From Bdellovibrionales bacterium (lineage in GTDB: Bacteria > Bdellovibrionota > Bdellovibrionia > Bdellovibrionales > UBA1609): a DNA stretch of 64,000 nucleotides. The position numbers and the translations under genes were made by a program. The stretch is from contig OZ241877.1 of NCBI GenBank assembly GCA_965203095.1, forward strand, positions 768,001-832,000, written 5' to 3'. The notes beneath the pieces are model-generated. The model was not told the DNA's origin and did not search any database. It worked only from the letters and a program-made list of their open reading frames with translations. Of this stretch, positions 21,829 through 32,246 are shown in pieces; positions within the stretch are counted from its first letter, which is position 1; each line of letters starts with the position of its first letter.

Positions 21829-22959
21829 ATGGGGCAAGATGGGTTTGAATTTTTTATCAATTTCATAAAAATCCATGTCATTTTATTTTCTTTGATTGGC
21901 CTTGTGCCTCTTTTGGTTTGGGCCGAGAGGCGAATCTCTGCTCTCATGCAAAATCGCTTAGGCCCTAACCGTTATGGGCCTTTGGGCTTGTCTCAAATTG
22001 TAGCTGATCTGATAAAACCTCTGATGAAGGAGGATTTTGCTAAAGGGAAAAGCCATAAGGGCCTTTATCTTATAGCTCCTCTTTTAGCAGTTGTTCCCCC
22101 AGTTGTGGTTTTTGGTGCTCTGCCTTTTTCCAGCCCTTTCACCTGGCCTGCTTTTGAGTTATGGGGTTGGGACTTAGGGCCTTACACTTTTCATTTTCAA
22201 GCTTTTCAGCTCAATACTGCTGTGGTTTTTGTATTGGGAGTTTCTTCATTGGCCTCTTACTCCATGCTTATTGCGGGTTGGAGTTCCGGGAGCAAGTATC
22301 CTCTTTTTGGAGCTTTGAGGGCCGCGGCACAAAATATTAGTTATGAACTGGCTTTAAGCCTCTCACTTGTGGGGGTTCTTCTTTTATTTAACTCCTTGGA
22401 TTTTTTAGAGATCATCAAGGCCCAAAGTGGCCCTTTGAGCTTTTCTTTTTTTGGAAAAAACCTGACTTACTCTTTTTTGCCCAACTGGGGGATTTTTTAT
22501 CAACCTTTAGGTGCTTTGATATTTTTTTCAGCTCTTCTTGCAGAATGCAATCGGATCCCTTTTGATCTTCCCGAAGCCGAGGCGGAGTTGGTGGCCGGCT
22601 ATCATACGGAATACGGCGGGATAAAACTAATTTTATTTTACATTGGGGAGTATGCTCATCTAATGGTCTCTTCCGCCCTTATGGTGATCTTTTATTTTGG
22701 GGGCTATAATCTTCCTTGGGGTTCGGAAGAAAGCTTGTTGAATTTTTTAGGCAGTGAATTTATGTTGTCTTTGTTTTTGTTTTTTGTTTTTATTCTTAAG
22801 TTTTTCTTTTTTATCTTTGTTTTTATGTGGATTAGGTGGTCTTTACCTCGTTTTCGCTACGATCAGCTGATGGATTTAGGCTGGAAAAAGCTTTTGCCCT
22901 GGGCTTTATTTAACACTGTTCTAACTGCTGTTTTGATTTTCTTTTCTCAAGCAGGATAG
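21829..22959 (+). CDS. nuoH: NADH-quinone oxidoreductase subunit H
   Basis: ERR..Q.R.GPN, PFDLPEAEAELVAGYHTEY, PRFRYDQLM. Confidence 0.96.
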   Translation: MGQDGFEFFINFIKIHVILFSLIGLVPLLVWAERRISALMQNRLGPNRYGPLGLSQIVADLIKPLMKEDFAKGKSHKGLYLIAPLLAVVPPVVVFGALPFSSPFTWPAFELWGWDLGPYTFHFQAFQLNTAVVFVLGVSSLASYSMLIAGWSSGSKYPLFGALRAAAQNISYELALSLSLVGVLLLFNSLDFLEIIKAQSGPLSFSFFGKNLTYSFLPNWGIFYQPLGALIFFSALLAECNRIPFDLPEAEAELVAGYHTEYGGIKLILFYIGEYAHLMVSSALMVIFYFGGYNLPWGSEESLLNFLGSEFMLSLFLFFVFILKFFFFIFVFMWIRWSLPRFRYDQLMDLGWKKLLPWALFNTVLTAVLIFFSQAG

Positions 22960-22970
22960 GGAGTTTTGTA

Positions 22971-23453
22971 ATGGATCAAATTCTCTTTTATGTATTTTCA
23001 GCCCTTTTGCTATGGACGGCATTTAAAACTATCTCTCATCCTCATCCCGCTTATTCTGCTCTCTATTTGGCTGTGAGCATGATTTTATTGGCCGGAGTGT
23101 TTTTCCTTATGGGTGCTCCTTTTTTAGCAGGTCTTCAACTGATCATATATGCCGGAGCGGTAATTGTTTTATTTGTAATGGTCCTTATGCTTTTTGATTT
23201 TAAACCTCTTAAGCTTTCTAAAAAAAGTTTGTGGATCGGGCCAGCTTTTTTGTTTGGCATGCTTTCTGGAGTGATTGGCCTTATGGCCTTCTCCAGTCTT
23301 CCTGTAGATAAAGGGAGTGAGGCTTTTTTCTCCGGTTCTGCTATCGCCGGAAAGCTTTTTTCTAAATATGTTTTGATTTTTGAAATTATTGGGCTTTTTC
23401 TTCTTGTTATTGCCATTGGTGCTGTGGCTTTGATTCGTTTAGATGAGGATTAA
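22971..23453 (+). CDS. nuoJ: NADH-quinone oxidoreductase subunit J
   Basis: QLIIYAGAVIVLFVMVLML. Confidence 0.93.
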   Translation: MDQILFYVFSALLLWTAFKTISHPHPAYSALYLAVSMILLAGVFFLMGAPFLAGLQLIIYAGAVIVLFVMVLMLFDFKPLKLSKKSLWIGPAFLFGMLSGVIGLMAFSSLPVDKGSEAFFSGSAIAGKLFSKYVLIFEIIGLFLLVIAIGAVALIRLDED

Positions 23454-23455
23454 AA

Positions 23456-23779
23456 ATGCTGTTTGATCCCTTGTCCTCTTTGCAGCCCTTTTCCCCTATA
23501 TTTTTAGCCGGAGCTTTGTTTTTTATTGGCTTGACCGGTGTTTTAACAAGAAGAAATATTTTGGTTATTTTAATGAGTTTAGAATTGATGCTCAATGCGG
23601 TGAATCTCAATTTATTGGCTTTTTCTAAAATTTATGGATTGGAGTCTGCCCCCGCTTTGATTTTTTTTATTATCTGTGTTGCTGGGGCGGAAGCAGGGGT
23701 GGGTTTAGCCCTTGCTGTTCGTGTTTATAAAAAATTTAAGAGCATTGATGTCTCTTCCTTAAGGCTTTTAAAGGATTAA
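23456..23779 (+). CDS. nuoK: NADH-quinone oxidoreductase subunit K
   Basis: RRN..LMSLELMLN, AEAGVGLA. Confidence 0.95.
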   Translation: MLFDPLSSLQPFSPIFLAGALFFIGLTGVLTRRNILVILMSLELMLNAVNLNLLAFSKIYGLESAPALIFFIICVAGAEAGVGLALAVRVYKKFKSIDVSSLRLLKD

Positions 23780-23780
23780 C

Positions 23781-25631
23781 ATGATTTTGCCAGTTCTTTT
23801 ATTCCCTTTACTGGGTTTTGTGCTCAACCTCTGCCTTTGGAAGAGCGCTAATAAAAAGCTTTCCGGAGCCATCGGAGCGGGCACTGTGGGACTGGTTTTT
23901 TTATTTGTTGTGGGGCAAATTTTACAGAAAGGTTTTGAAAGCCAAACTTTCTCCTTAGGCTCTTGGTTAAAAGTGGGAGATATGGCCTTAAACTTTTCCT
24001 TTATAATAGACCCTTTAAGCTTGTTGATGTGTCTCCTTATTACAGGAGTGGCTTTTCTCATTCATATTTACAGCTTGGGCTATATGCAAAAAGATCCTGC
24101 CTTTGCCCGTTATTTTGCTTACCTTAATCTTTTTGTTTTTTTTCAGCTCATTTTGGTTTTGGCGGGCAATCTCCCTCTTTTATTTGTGGGTTGGGAGGGG
24201 GTGGGCCTTTGTTCGTATCTTCTGATCGGTTTTTGGATCCAGGAAGAAAAAAAGGTGCAAGCGGGAATGTTGGCTTTTGTGGTGAACCGTATAGCAGACG
24301 CTTGTTTTTTGTTGGGGATTTTTTGCCTGTTTTCTCAGTTAGGCACAGTGGAGTTTTTCGAAATTCAACAGAAGGAAGACATTCCCTTATCCGTTTTAGG
24401 GCCTTTTTTGTTATTCTTAGGGGCAATAGGGAAGTCCGCTCAAATCCCTTTTTATTTTTGGTTGCCTCGGGCTATGGCAGGGCCCACTCCGGTATCGGCT
24501 CTCATTCACGCGGCCACTATGGTGACTGCCGGAGTTTATCTTTTAGTTCGAATGTCCGGCCTTTACAGCCTCTTTCCCAACCTGTTGCATATCATAGCTT
24601 GGCTGGGGGCTTTTACTGCCTTAGGATCTGCCCTTATTGCTACAAGGAAGTGGGATTTAAAAGCGGTTTTGGCTTACTCCACAATTTCCCAACTGGCTTA
24701 TTTGTTTATAGCTATAGGGGTTAAGGCTTTTTCTGCCAGCATCTTTCATCTGCTCACCCATGGCTTTTTTAAGGCTCTGCTTTTTTTGTGTGCCGGCTCA
24801 GTTATTCATGCATTAAAAGGTGAGCAGGACATTCGCTTTATGGGAAAACTCAAAAAAACTATGCCCATCACTTTTGTTTGTTATTTGATGGGGGCTTTGG
24901 CTTTAATAGCTATGCCTCCCTTTTCTGGTTTTTTCAGTAAGGATGAAATTTTATGGTCGCTTTTTTCCAGCGGGAATTACAGTTTGTTTTTTATGGCTTT
25001 TTTGACAGGCCTGATCACAGTTTTTTATATGACCCGGCTGACTGTTCTTGTGTTTTTCGGATATAATCGATCATTAGTTGTTCCTCACGAAAGTGGAGCG
25101 TTGATGAAATTCCCTATGATAGCATTGGCTATTTTGTCTGTATTTGGTGGGGCTATGGGGATCCCTCACCTGTTATCAGAATGGCTCCCTGGCCATCCTC
25201 CTCATATTTTGCATGAGCTGTTAAAAAACTTTTCTTCTTTAGATTTTACTGGTTCAAAATGGCTTGAAGCTCTGTTAATGTTTTTATCCACCACTACCGG
25301 GCTGACAGTTATGGTTGCTGTTGCGATGTTTTACTTGCAAAAGGCTAAGGGAAAGCCGGCCAATTATTTTTGGATGAGGTGGCTTGAAGAGGGCTTTTAT
25401 GTTGATCATGGGATTCAAAAATACGCTTTGCCATTTTTTAAACAAGGAGCTTTTCAAATATATAAACGGTTGGAAAAAGGAGGATTCCATCAAGGAGTTT
25501 TCTTTTTGACAAATCAAATTTTGCTTGTGAGAAATGTTCTCTCCCGCTTGCAGAGTGGGAACCTACAGTCTTACGCATTTTATTTCACAATGGGTTTAAC
25601 TGTTTTAATGTTTCTTATTTTTTTAAGGTGA
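23781..25631 (+). CDS. nuoL: NADH-quinone oxidoreductase subunit L
   Basis: GWEGVGLCSYLLIGFW, KSAQIP..WLPRAMAGPTPVSALIHAATMV. Confidence 0.96.
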   Translation: MILPVLLFPLLGFVLNLCLWKSANKKLSGAIGAGTVGLVFLFVVGQILQKGFESQTFSLGSWLKVGDMALNFSFIIDPLSLLMCLLITGVAFLIHIYSLGYMQKDPAFARYFAYLNLFVFFQLILVLAGNLPLLFVGWEGVGLCSYLLIGFWIQEEKKVQAGMLAFVVNRIADACFLLGIFCLFSQLGTVEFFEIQQKEDIPLSVLGPFLLFLGAIGKSAQIPFYFWLPRAMAGPTPVSALIHAATMVTAGVYLLVRMSGLYSLFPNLLHIIAWLGAFTALGSALIATRKWDLKAVLAYSTISQLAYLFIAIGVKAFSASIFHLLTHGFFKALLFLCAGSVIHALKGEQDIRFMGKLKKTMPITFVCYLMGALALIAMPPFSGFFSKDEILWSLFSSGNYSLFFMAFLTGLITVFYMTRLTVLVFFGYNRSLVVPHESGALMKFPMIALAILSVFGGAMGIPHLLSEWLPGHPPHILHELLKNFSSLDFTGSKWLEALLMFLSTTTGLTVMVAVAMFYLQKAKGKPANYFWMRWLEEGFYVDHGIQKYALPFFKQGAFQIYKRLEKGGFHQGVFFLTNQILLVRNVLSRLQSGNLQSYAFYFTMGLTVLMFLIFLR

Positions 25632-25632
25632 G

Positions 25633-27141
25633 GTGCTTGTGCTGAGTTTAATTGTTTTTTTTCCTTTTCTTTTCGGCTTGCTTTTGTTTTTCTTCCCCGT
25701 CCGGTCTCTTGCCTTTACAGCTTTAACAGGATCACTTCTGCAATTTTTTTTAGCTATTAGTTTGTTTTTTCTTTTTGATCCCTCTTCGCATGGTCTTCAG
25801 TTAGCAGAAAGCTTTGACCTGGTCCCCTTCTTTGGTGTCCAATACTTTTTAGCAATAGACGGCCTGTCTTTTTGGTATATTTTGCTGTCCGGGCTTTTAT
25901 TGCCTCTATCGGTTTTGTTTTCTTTTCAGGTTAAAAGCCCTCTTTATTTTTTCCTCTTATTCAGTTTAGCCACTCTCAGCAATGGGGTGTTTTTAAGTTT
26001 TGACGGCATTTTATTTTACATTTTTTTTGAATTGGCCCTTATCCCTCTGTTTTTTTTGATTTTCCTTTGGGGAGGCAAAAATCGGGTTTATGCCAGCTTT
26101 AAATTTTTGATTTACACTTTTTTTGCTTCTTTGTTTTTATTGGGGGGGCTGATTACTATTATGCTGATGAATAAAAGTGCAACAGGAGAAATATCCTCCA
26201 ACCTGCTGGATTTTTATTTGTTGGATTTTGTTTTTATCCAAGACAATCCCTTAAGTGCACAAGCTCTGCTGTTTTTTTGTTTTGCCTTGGCCTTTGCGGT
26301 TAAAACCCCTTTAGCTCCTTTTCATACTTGGCTCCCTTTAGCTCATGTTGAGGCCCCCACTTCCGCATCGGTTTTTTTAGCTGGCCTCACCTTAAAGATG
26401 GGGACTTATGGTTGGTTCCGGTGGGTTTTGCCACTGTTTCCGGAGGCAGTGTCTTACTACTCTCCTTTACTTTTGGCTTTGGCGGTTTTTTCTCTTATTT
26501 ATTCTTCTATCTTGGCTTTTGCTCAAACTGACATCAAAAACACAATCGCTTACTCCTCTATAGCTCACATGGCTTATGTTTTAATAGGGGTTTTTGCCTT
26601 TAACATTTATGGCCTTTACGGTGCTTTTTACCAAACTCTCACCCATGGGCTTTCCTCCGCCGGCTTGTTTTTTATGGCGGGGCTTATTCACAAAAAAGCC
26701 GGCACCCGGGAGATGGGGGATTTGGGCGGGCTTTCTAAAAACATGCCGATTTTGGCTTTTATTTTTTTCCTTATCAGTTTGTCGGCCATAGCTTTTCCTT
26801 TAACTGGGGGTTTTGTGTCTGAGTTTTTGGTTCTTTTAGGTTCTTATCTTTCAGGGGAGCTTTGGGTGTGGCCGGCGGTGTCCGGTGTGGTTTTGAGTGC
26901 GGTTTACATGCTCAATATGTTTCAAAAAATATTTTTATTTAAATCAAAGCCAACTAAAAAAATAAAAGATCTTCAGCTCAGGGAGTTTTTGTGTTTAAGC
27001 CCTTTGGCTTTTCTTTTAATTTTTATGGGGCTTTTCCCTAATTTCTTTTTCAATTATTCTAAAGCCTCTTTAAAGCATTTGAGCAAAAATCAATTCAATT
27101 ACTCTTTAACTCTCCATAAAGAACCATCGGAAAAGCCATGA
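25633..27141 (+). CDS. nuoM: NADH-quinone oxidoreductase subunit M
   Basis: PFHTWLPLAHVEAP, LKMGTYG. Confidence 0.96.
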   Translation: MLVLSLIVFFPFLFGLLLFFFPVRSLAFTALTGSLLQFFLAISLFFLFDPSSHGLQLAESFDLVPFFGVQYFLAIDGLSFWYILLSGLLLPLSVLFSFQVKSPLYFFLLFSLATLSNGVFLSFDGILFYIFFELALIPLFFLIFLWGGKNRVYASFKFLIYTFFASLFLLGGLITIMLMNKSATGEISSNLLDFYLLDFVFIQDNPLSAQALLFFCFALAFAVKTPLAPFHTWLPLAHVEAPTSASVFLAGLTLKMGTYGWFRWVLPLFPEAVSYYSPLLLALAVFSLIYSSILAFAQTDIKNTIAYSSIAHMAYVLIGVFAFNIYGLYGAFYQTLTHGLSSAGLFFMAGLIHKKAGTREMGDLGGLSKNMPILAFIFFLISLSAIAFPLTGGFVSEFLVLLGSYLSGELWVWPAVSGVVLSAVYMLNMFQKIFLFKSKPTKKIKDLQLREFLCLSPLAFLLIFMGLFPNFFFNYSKASLKHLSKNQFNYSLTLHKEPSEKP

Positions 27142-28565
27142 CCCAGCTATTAAAAGATCTGATTCAACTCTCTCCAATTTGGTCTCTTTCTTTAATGGCC
27201 TTTATCCCTTTGTCGGCTAAGGTTTTAAACAACAATAAGGAACTAAAAGCAGGTTCTGTTTCCGGGATTTATGGCTTGGCTATTTTTAGCTCATTATTTT
27301 TGTTTGTTTTTCTTGGTTTTAATGATCAAGAGATCCTGGGCCTTCGTTTTGATAACTATTCCAGTGGGGCTTGTGCTTTGTCTGGCTTTTCCGCCCTGAT
27401 CAGCTTGGGCTTGTTTCATCTTAACCCTTGGGTGGATGAGAGGCAGAGAACAGAGATTTTATTTTTCCTCAGCCAGGGCCTCACAGGGCTTTATGTTTTT
27501 TGTTTAGCTCAAGATCTGATGACAGCCTTTATTGGTTTGGAGTTAGCTTCTCTGAGCTTATATATCAATTTGGCTATGAGCCGGAAAGATCGCTTGTGTT
27601 TAGAGGCGAGCATAAAATATTTTGTTTTGAGTGCATTGGCTGGGGTGGTTTTCCTCTATGGCTTATCTTTTTTATTTGGCTCAGCGGGAACTTTAGATTT
27701 GAAATCCATTTTTCAAACAGAAAACCAAGCCCTTTTTTACAACCGCTTTTTCTTTTTAGGCTGGATTTTGATTTTTACAGGCTTGTTTTTTAAAACTGCT
27801 CTGTTCCCTTTCCATTTCTGGTTGGCTGATGTTTACCAAGGGGCTTTAACTTATATGACTGCTTTTATGGCGATGGCGGTTAAAAGTGCTCTGATTCTTT
27901 TTTTAGGAAAAATTTTTGCTTTTTCTTTTTTTGAAAAGAGCGGGCATGGCTCTGTTTTTCTCTCAGGGCTGGCCTGGGCCAGTGTTTTGACTGTGATGTT
28001 TGGCAATGTAATGGCTTTAAAGCAGAAGCAAATCAAACGGATAGTGGCTTTCTCCAGCTTAGCTCATTCCGGCTATTTGATGATGGCTCTGTTTGGGATT
28101 TTGAGCTTGAGTGGCAGTTCTAAAGACTTCTCCGCTCTTTTTTATTATCTTTTGGCTTATATTTCTCTTACAGGAGGGCTTTTGCTTGGGGTTCAATCTT
28201 TAGAAAAACAAAATTCTCAACCTCAACTCAAGGATTTGCAGTCCCTATTCCACAGCAACCCTCTTTTTGCTTTAGCTTTGAGTGTATTTCTCTTGGGACT
28301 TGCGGGAATGCCCCCCACTTTTGGCTTTTTTGCGAAAATTGGGATTTTTCAACCTTTGATTTTAAGTGCTAACTGGTGGGTTTTGCTTTGGGCTTTTGTA
28401 GGCTCAGCAATAGGTCTTTTTTACTATATAAAGCCTATCAGCCTGATGGCCATCCCCTCAAGTCGCTCACCAGTGGAATGGCCCCGGCTCGCACAAGCTT
28501 TGACATTGATTTTAGCCCTGATCGGCTTGTTAGGGGCTTTCTTTTTTGGAGTTCTTTTTTACTGA
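27138..28565 (+). CDS. nuoN: NADH-quinone oxidoreductase subunit N
   Basis: EASIKYF, PFHFWLADVYQG, LAGMPP..GF..K. Confidence 0.95.
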   Translation: MTQLLKDLIQLSPIWSLSLMAFIPLSAKVLNNNKELKAGSVSGIYGLAIFSSLFLFVFLGFNDQEILGLRFDNYSSGACALSGFSALISLGLFHLNPWVDERQRTEILFFLSQGLTGLYVFCLAQDLMTAFIGLELASLSLYINLAMSRKDRLCLEASIKYFVLSALAGVVFLYGLSFLFGSAGTLDLKSIFQTENQALFYNRFFFLGWILIFTGLFFKTALFPFHFWLADVYQGALTYMTAFMAMAVKSALILFLGKIFAFSFFEKSGHGSVFLSGLAWASVLTVMFGNVMALKQKQIKRIVAFSSLAHSGYLMMALFGILSLSGSSKDFSALFYYLLAYISLTGGLLLGVQSLEKQNSQPQLKDLQSLFHSNPLFALALSVFLLGLAGMPPTFGFFAKIGIFQPLILSANWWVLLWAFVGSAIGLFYYIKPISLMAIPSSRSPVEWPRLAQALTLILALIGLLGAFFFGVLFY

Positions 28566-28671
28566 CATAGCCTAAAGACTGGTTTAGTGAGCAGGGAAAA
28601 GCTTTGTCCGCCTTATTTTATTTGATTCTCTTTTTATGTTGTGATAATTTTCCTGAAAAGGAGGTTTTGCT

Positions 28672-29541
28672 ATGAGATTTTTATTTATTTTCCTTTTTGT
28701 TTGTGCAGTCCCTTTAGCTGAAGCCAAGGTGATGGCTCATTATACTTACTTGAAAGCTAAAAAACCAGTCAAAAAAAGCATTCAATATGAAGAGGTCAAA
28801 AGGGCTTATGAAATCACTAAGGAATCTGTAGCCAACGACCCTGCACCAGAAGTCTTTTTTAAAGAGTATCTCCGGTTCAAAATGGGGGTCGAAGTGGGCT
28901 TAAATGAAAAAAAACTTGTAAAAAGCCCAGATATTGAAAACCAAATTACCGATCCTTACCTTAGAGCGGCCTTTCACGATTCCCTCTACAAGTCTTTAGC
29001 AGAGCTTAAACTTAAAAAATCGATGGAAGGCTTAGATAAACGCTCGGCCAACCTATCCCCTGCCTTTTTAAAAAAACTTTATGCTAAAGAGCCGGAGTTC
29101 AATATTTTTTTTATAGCCATTCAACATCCTATAAATCCCACCGCAAAACAAATTCAAGAGGCCAAAACCCGGGCAAACAAAATTTACTCCAAAGTGATTC
29201 AATCTAAAAAACCTTTTTTAGAGCTTGTAGCCCTTTACTCTGATGATAAAAGCAATGGGGTTTTAGGGATCAATCGTTCGCGAGCTGTGATCTGGCCAGA
29301 GGTTTATCAAAAATTAAAAAGCATGAAAAATAACTCGATCAGTCGCCCCATTCGCTATCCCCATGGCTATATGATTGTTAAACTGAATCAGAAAATCCCT
29401 TTTTCCTCAGCCAATAAGGTGTCCATTAAAGCCAATTACTTTAATAAAGAGCGGGCGGACATATTTAACAAATACTTTGACGGTCTGAAAAAAGATTTCA
29501 AAGTCACTATTGTTAATCGTGCACTCGTTAAAAAGCTTTGA
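28672..29541 (+). CDS. Exported parvulin-type (PpiC-like) PPIase/chaperone
   Basis: Signal peptide; F.ELV..YSDD..NG.LG and HGY.IVK rotamase-like motifs. Confidence 0.7.
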   Translation: MRFLFIFLFVCAVPLAEAKVMAHYTYLKAKKPVKKSIQYEEVKRAYEITKESVANDPAPEVFFKEYLRFKMGVEVGLNEKKLVKSPDIENQITDPYLRAAFHDSLYKSLAELKLKKSMEGLDKRSANLSPAFLKKLYAKEPEFNIFFIAIQHPINPTAKQIQEAKTRANKIYSKVIQSKKPFLELVALYSDDKSNGVLGINRSRAVIWPEVYQKLKSMKNNSISRPIRYPHGYMIVKLNQKIPFSSANKVSIKANYFNKERADIFNKYFDGLKKDFKVTIVNRALVKKL

Positions 29542-30415
29542 GTGGCTTTGGCTTTTTTGTCTTCTTCTTACTCTAACCTCCTGTGAAAAATTAAGAGGCC
29601 AAGCTACCGTTATAAAAGTAGGGGAACGGGTTTGGAGCTTTCAAGAACTTCAGGATTACACACATTTTAGGTTGAACTTGGATTTTGGGGAGAATCCTGA
29701 TCCGAAAAAGCTCAAAAAACAGATTTTAAATGAAATTATTTTTCGGTCTCTTGTGGAGAATTGGGCTGAAGAAAATAAAAGCCAAAGTCAAAAAAGCTCT
29801 CTAACTGAAGAGGAAAAAAAAAGATTTTCAAGATTCAATCCCTTACGAAAAGCTCTTCAAGATCATAAAAATTATTCTTCCCTTTATCGTGTGTGGTTAA
29901 GGGCTTTTTTAAAAAACATCCCCAGCCCCTCCCTCAAAGAGCAAAAGAGTTTTTATAACCAAAATAAAAGCCGTTTTTTTGAACCGGCCCGTTGCTATTT
30001 AAAACAAATTTTAGTTCGAGAACAACCATTAGCCCAAGCTCTTCACAAAAGATTAAAGCAGGGGGAGGATTTTGATGAGTTGAGCGGGCAGTATTCCCTT
30101 CAAAAAAACCCCGGTTGGGTGGAAAAGGGCTGGCTCAAAGTTTTTGATTCCGCCTGTTTTGAGATAGAAAAGCCTCTCAGCCCTGTTTTAAAAAGCTCTT
30201 ATGGATACCATGTCTTTCTTGTAAAAGGAAAAAAACCCGCCCGGCAAAGGGCTTTTCGCTCAGTTCAACAGGCCATTATTCAAATTTTAAAGGAAAAGCA
30301 GGCCAAAGAGCACTTTCCCGAATGGCTAAAGCAGGAAATTTTTAAAACTCCTGTATTTATTGATAAAAAACTCTTGGATCAGATCCGCATTCAATATAAA
30401 AACAATGAAACATGA
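29510..30415 (+). CDS. Parvulin-type peptidyl-prolyl isomerase (lipoprotein)
   Basis: QILV, FDELS..YS, KSSYGYHVF; lipobox LTSC. Confidence 0.82.
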   Translation: MLIVHSLKSFEWLWLFCLLLTLTSCEKLRGQATVIKVGERVWSFQELQDYTHFRLNLDFGENPDPKKLKKQILNEIIFRSLVENWAEENKSQSQKSSLTEEEKKRFSRFNPLRKALQDHKNYSSLYRVWLRAFLKNIPSPSLKEQKSFYNQNKSRFFEPARCYLKQILVREQPLAQALHKRLKQGEDFDELSGQYSLQKNPGWVEKGWLKVFDSACFEIEKPLSPVLKSSYGYHVFLVKGKKPARQRAFRSVQQAIIQILKEKQAKEHFPEWLKQEIFKTPVFIDKKLLDQIRIQYKNNET

Positions 30416-31314
30416 AACTTCTCACTTTATTGTTTTTTTGTGCCCCTCTTCAGGCAGAGTTAGTGGAGAGGGTTCAAGCTCATGTTGGAGAAGAGATGAT
30501 CTCTTTAAGAGATCTCAACCAATTTCAAAGGCAGTTAAAGGCGGGCCTTGTTCCCTCTCTCCTCCTTTTAGAGGAAGTTTATGAAAAGCCCCTTCTTCTA
30601 AAAAACAAAACTCAGCTTTTAAATTTTATGATTGATCGCAGTATGCTTTTTCAAATAGCCCAAAAGGAAAAGATAGGGGAAATTTCAAAAAGTGAGTGGG
30701 AGAAAAGGCGAAATCAGCTCCCGGGATCTTCTCGTAAAAACTTTGCTCAAAAATTAAAGTTTGTGGGTTTAAATGAGGCAAAGTTAAAAGAGCAAATACT
30801 CCGTGATTTAAAAATTGAAAGTCTTCTCCGTCAGTTTGTGATCTCAACTATCACTGTTTCTGAACAGGATATAGAGAGCTATCATTTTAATAAATATGGG
30901 CAAGGGCTTTTTAAAAGCTTTATGTATGAGTTTTTATCTCTTTCTTTTTCGGAAAGCCAAAAGCCTCTGGTTTTAAAAAAATTAGAATCCTCTACAACAG
31001 AAGATTTAAACCAGCTGGCTCGCAGTTTGGGATCGGAGACAAAAAGTTGGAAACTGCCAGAAAAAGACATTCATCCTCTTTTTGAAACAGAATTAAAAAA
31101 ACTGTCAGTTTCGCAAATGTCACCCATTATTCTTATGGGAGGAGATTATTATATTCTCCAACTGAAATGGAAACAGGCTCAAATCCAGCCTAAGGATCAA
31201 GAGAAAAAACAGCGAATAGAAAAAGAGTTAACCAAAAAAAAATTAAAAGAAGAGATAAAAAAATGGATAGAGGAAAAACGAACCGGCTTTTCCATAGTCA
31301 TTCATTCCCTTTAA
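30412..31314 (+). CDS. surA: SurA-like periplasmic chaperone
   Basis: ELVERVQAHVGEEMIS SurA N-terminal pattern; upstream of pdxA. Confidence 0.7.
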   Translation: MKLLTLLFFCAPLQAELVERVQAHVGEEMISLRDLNQFQRQLKAGLVPSLLLLEEVYEKPLLLKNKTQLLNFMIDRSMLFQIAQKEKIGEISKSEWEKRRNQLPGSSRKNFAQKLKFVGLNEAKLKEQILRDLKIESLLRQFVISTITVSEQDIESYHFNKYGQGLFKSFMYEFLSLSFSESQKPLVLKKLESSTTEDLNQLARSLGSETKSWKLPEKDIHPLFETELKKLSVSQMSPIILMGGDYYILQLKWKQAQIQPKDQEKKQRIEKELTKKKLKEEIKKWIEEKRTGFSIVIHSL

Positions 31315-32246
31315 AAAATCGCTTGGCTTTGACAACAGGAGAAGGCTTAGGCTTTCATATAGCTTGTCAGGCTTTAAAAAAATTAGGGCCTAAAAAAAAC
31401 ATTCAATTCCTGATATGGACCCATGAAGAGGAATTGAACATTCCCCCTTTTCAAACTTTGGTTTTTAAAAATGCCCGCTCTGCTTTAAAAAGCCCTTTTA
31501 AAGAAGAAGAACTTTTGCAAATCAAAAGCTCTTCAACGGCTATGGATTGGTTAAAAGAGGCCGGGGAGATCTGCCTTAAGAGGGAGGCGAGTGCCTTGCT
31601 CACAGGGCCTATGAGCAAAAAGCCTTTAGGAAGATTTTTAGCTGGTGGGCAAACAGACATTTTAAAAAAGCTTTGCCGGATCAAACAGGCTTTTATGTGT
31701 TTTCGTGGGGCTAATTTTAATGTTATTCTATGGACAGATCATATCCCTTTAAAAAAGATTTCTTTCCCAAAAAAAGATTTTAAGGATTTTTTAGCTTTGT
31801 GCTTGTCGGCCAGAGCTTTATTGCCCAAAGGCCAGCAGGACAAGCCCTTGGGCTTATTAGGTTTAAACCCTCATGCGGGAGAGGGGGGAAGGATGGGGGA
31901 TGAAGAGGAGATGTTTTTAAAGCCGGTTTTAAAACAGTTCTCTTTAAAAAATATTTGTGGGCCTCTTCCGCCAGACACTGCTTTTTTGAAAAAAAATTGG
32001 AAGCATTACAGTTTTTATGTGGCCCTCTATCATGATCAAGGGCTTATCCCTTTTAAAATGGCACACTCCCATAAAGGCTTTGCTCAAACATTAGGTCTTC
32101 CTTTTTTGAGGTTAGGAGTGAGTCACGGAACAGGTGCAGATTTATTAAAGGAGAAAAACATTTCCAGCTTTTCTTTTTTGAGTGCGATTCAAGAGGCTTT
32201 AAGGCTTATCCAGCAAAAAACCATTCTTAAGAGAAATTTTTATTGA
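31263..32246 (+). CDS. pdxA: 4-hydroxythreonine-4-phosphate dehydrogenase (PdxA family)
   Basis: GLNPHAGE, GPLPPDT, YHDQGLIPFK, HGT. Confidence 0.9.
   Translation: MDRGKTNRLFHSHSFPLKNRLALTTGEGLGFHIACQALKKLGPKKNIQFLIWTHEEELNIPPFQTLVFKNARSALKSPFKEEELLQIKSSSTAMDWLKEAGEICLKREASALLTGPMSKKPLGRFLAGGQTDILKKLCRIKQAFMCFRGANFNVILWTDHIPLKKISFPKKDFKDFLALCLSARALLPKGQQDKPLGLLGLNPHAGEGGRMGDEEEMFLKPVLKQFSLKNICGPLPPDTAFLKKNWKHYSFYVALYHDQGLIPFKMAHSHKGFAQTLGLPFLRLGVSHGTGADLLKEKNISSFSFLSAIQEALRLIQQKTILKRNFY

Noticed and set aside
24148..24724. Overlapping ORFs inside nuoL (and similar shadow ORFs in atp, gyr, nuo and kinase genes)
   Set aside because: Alternative-frame or antisense shadows of conserved genes with no motifs
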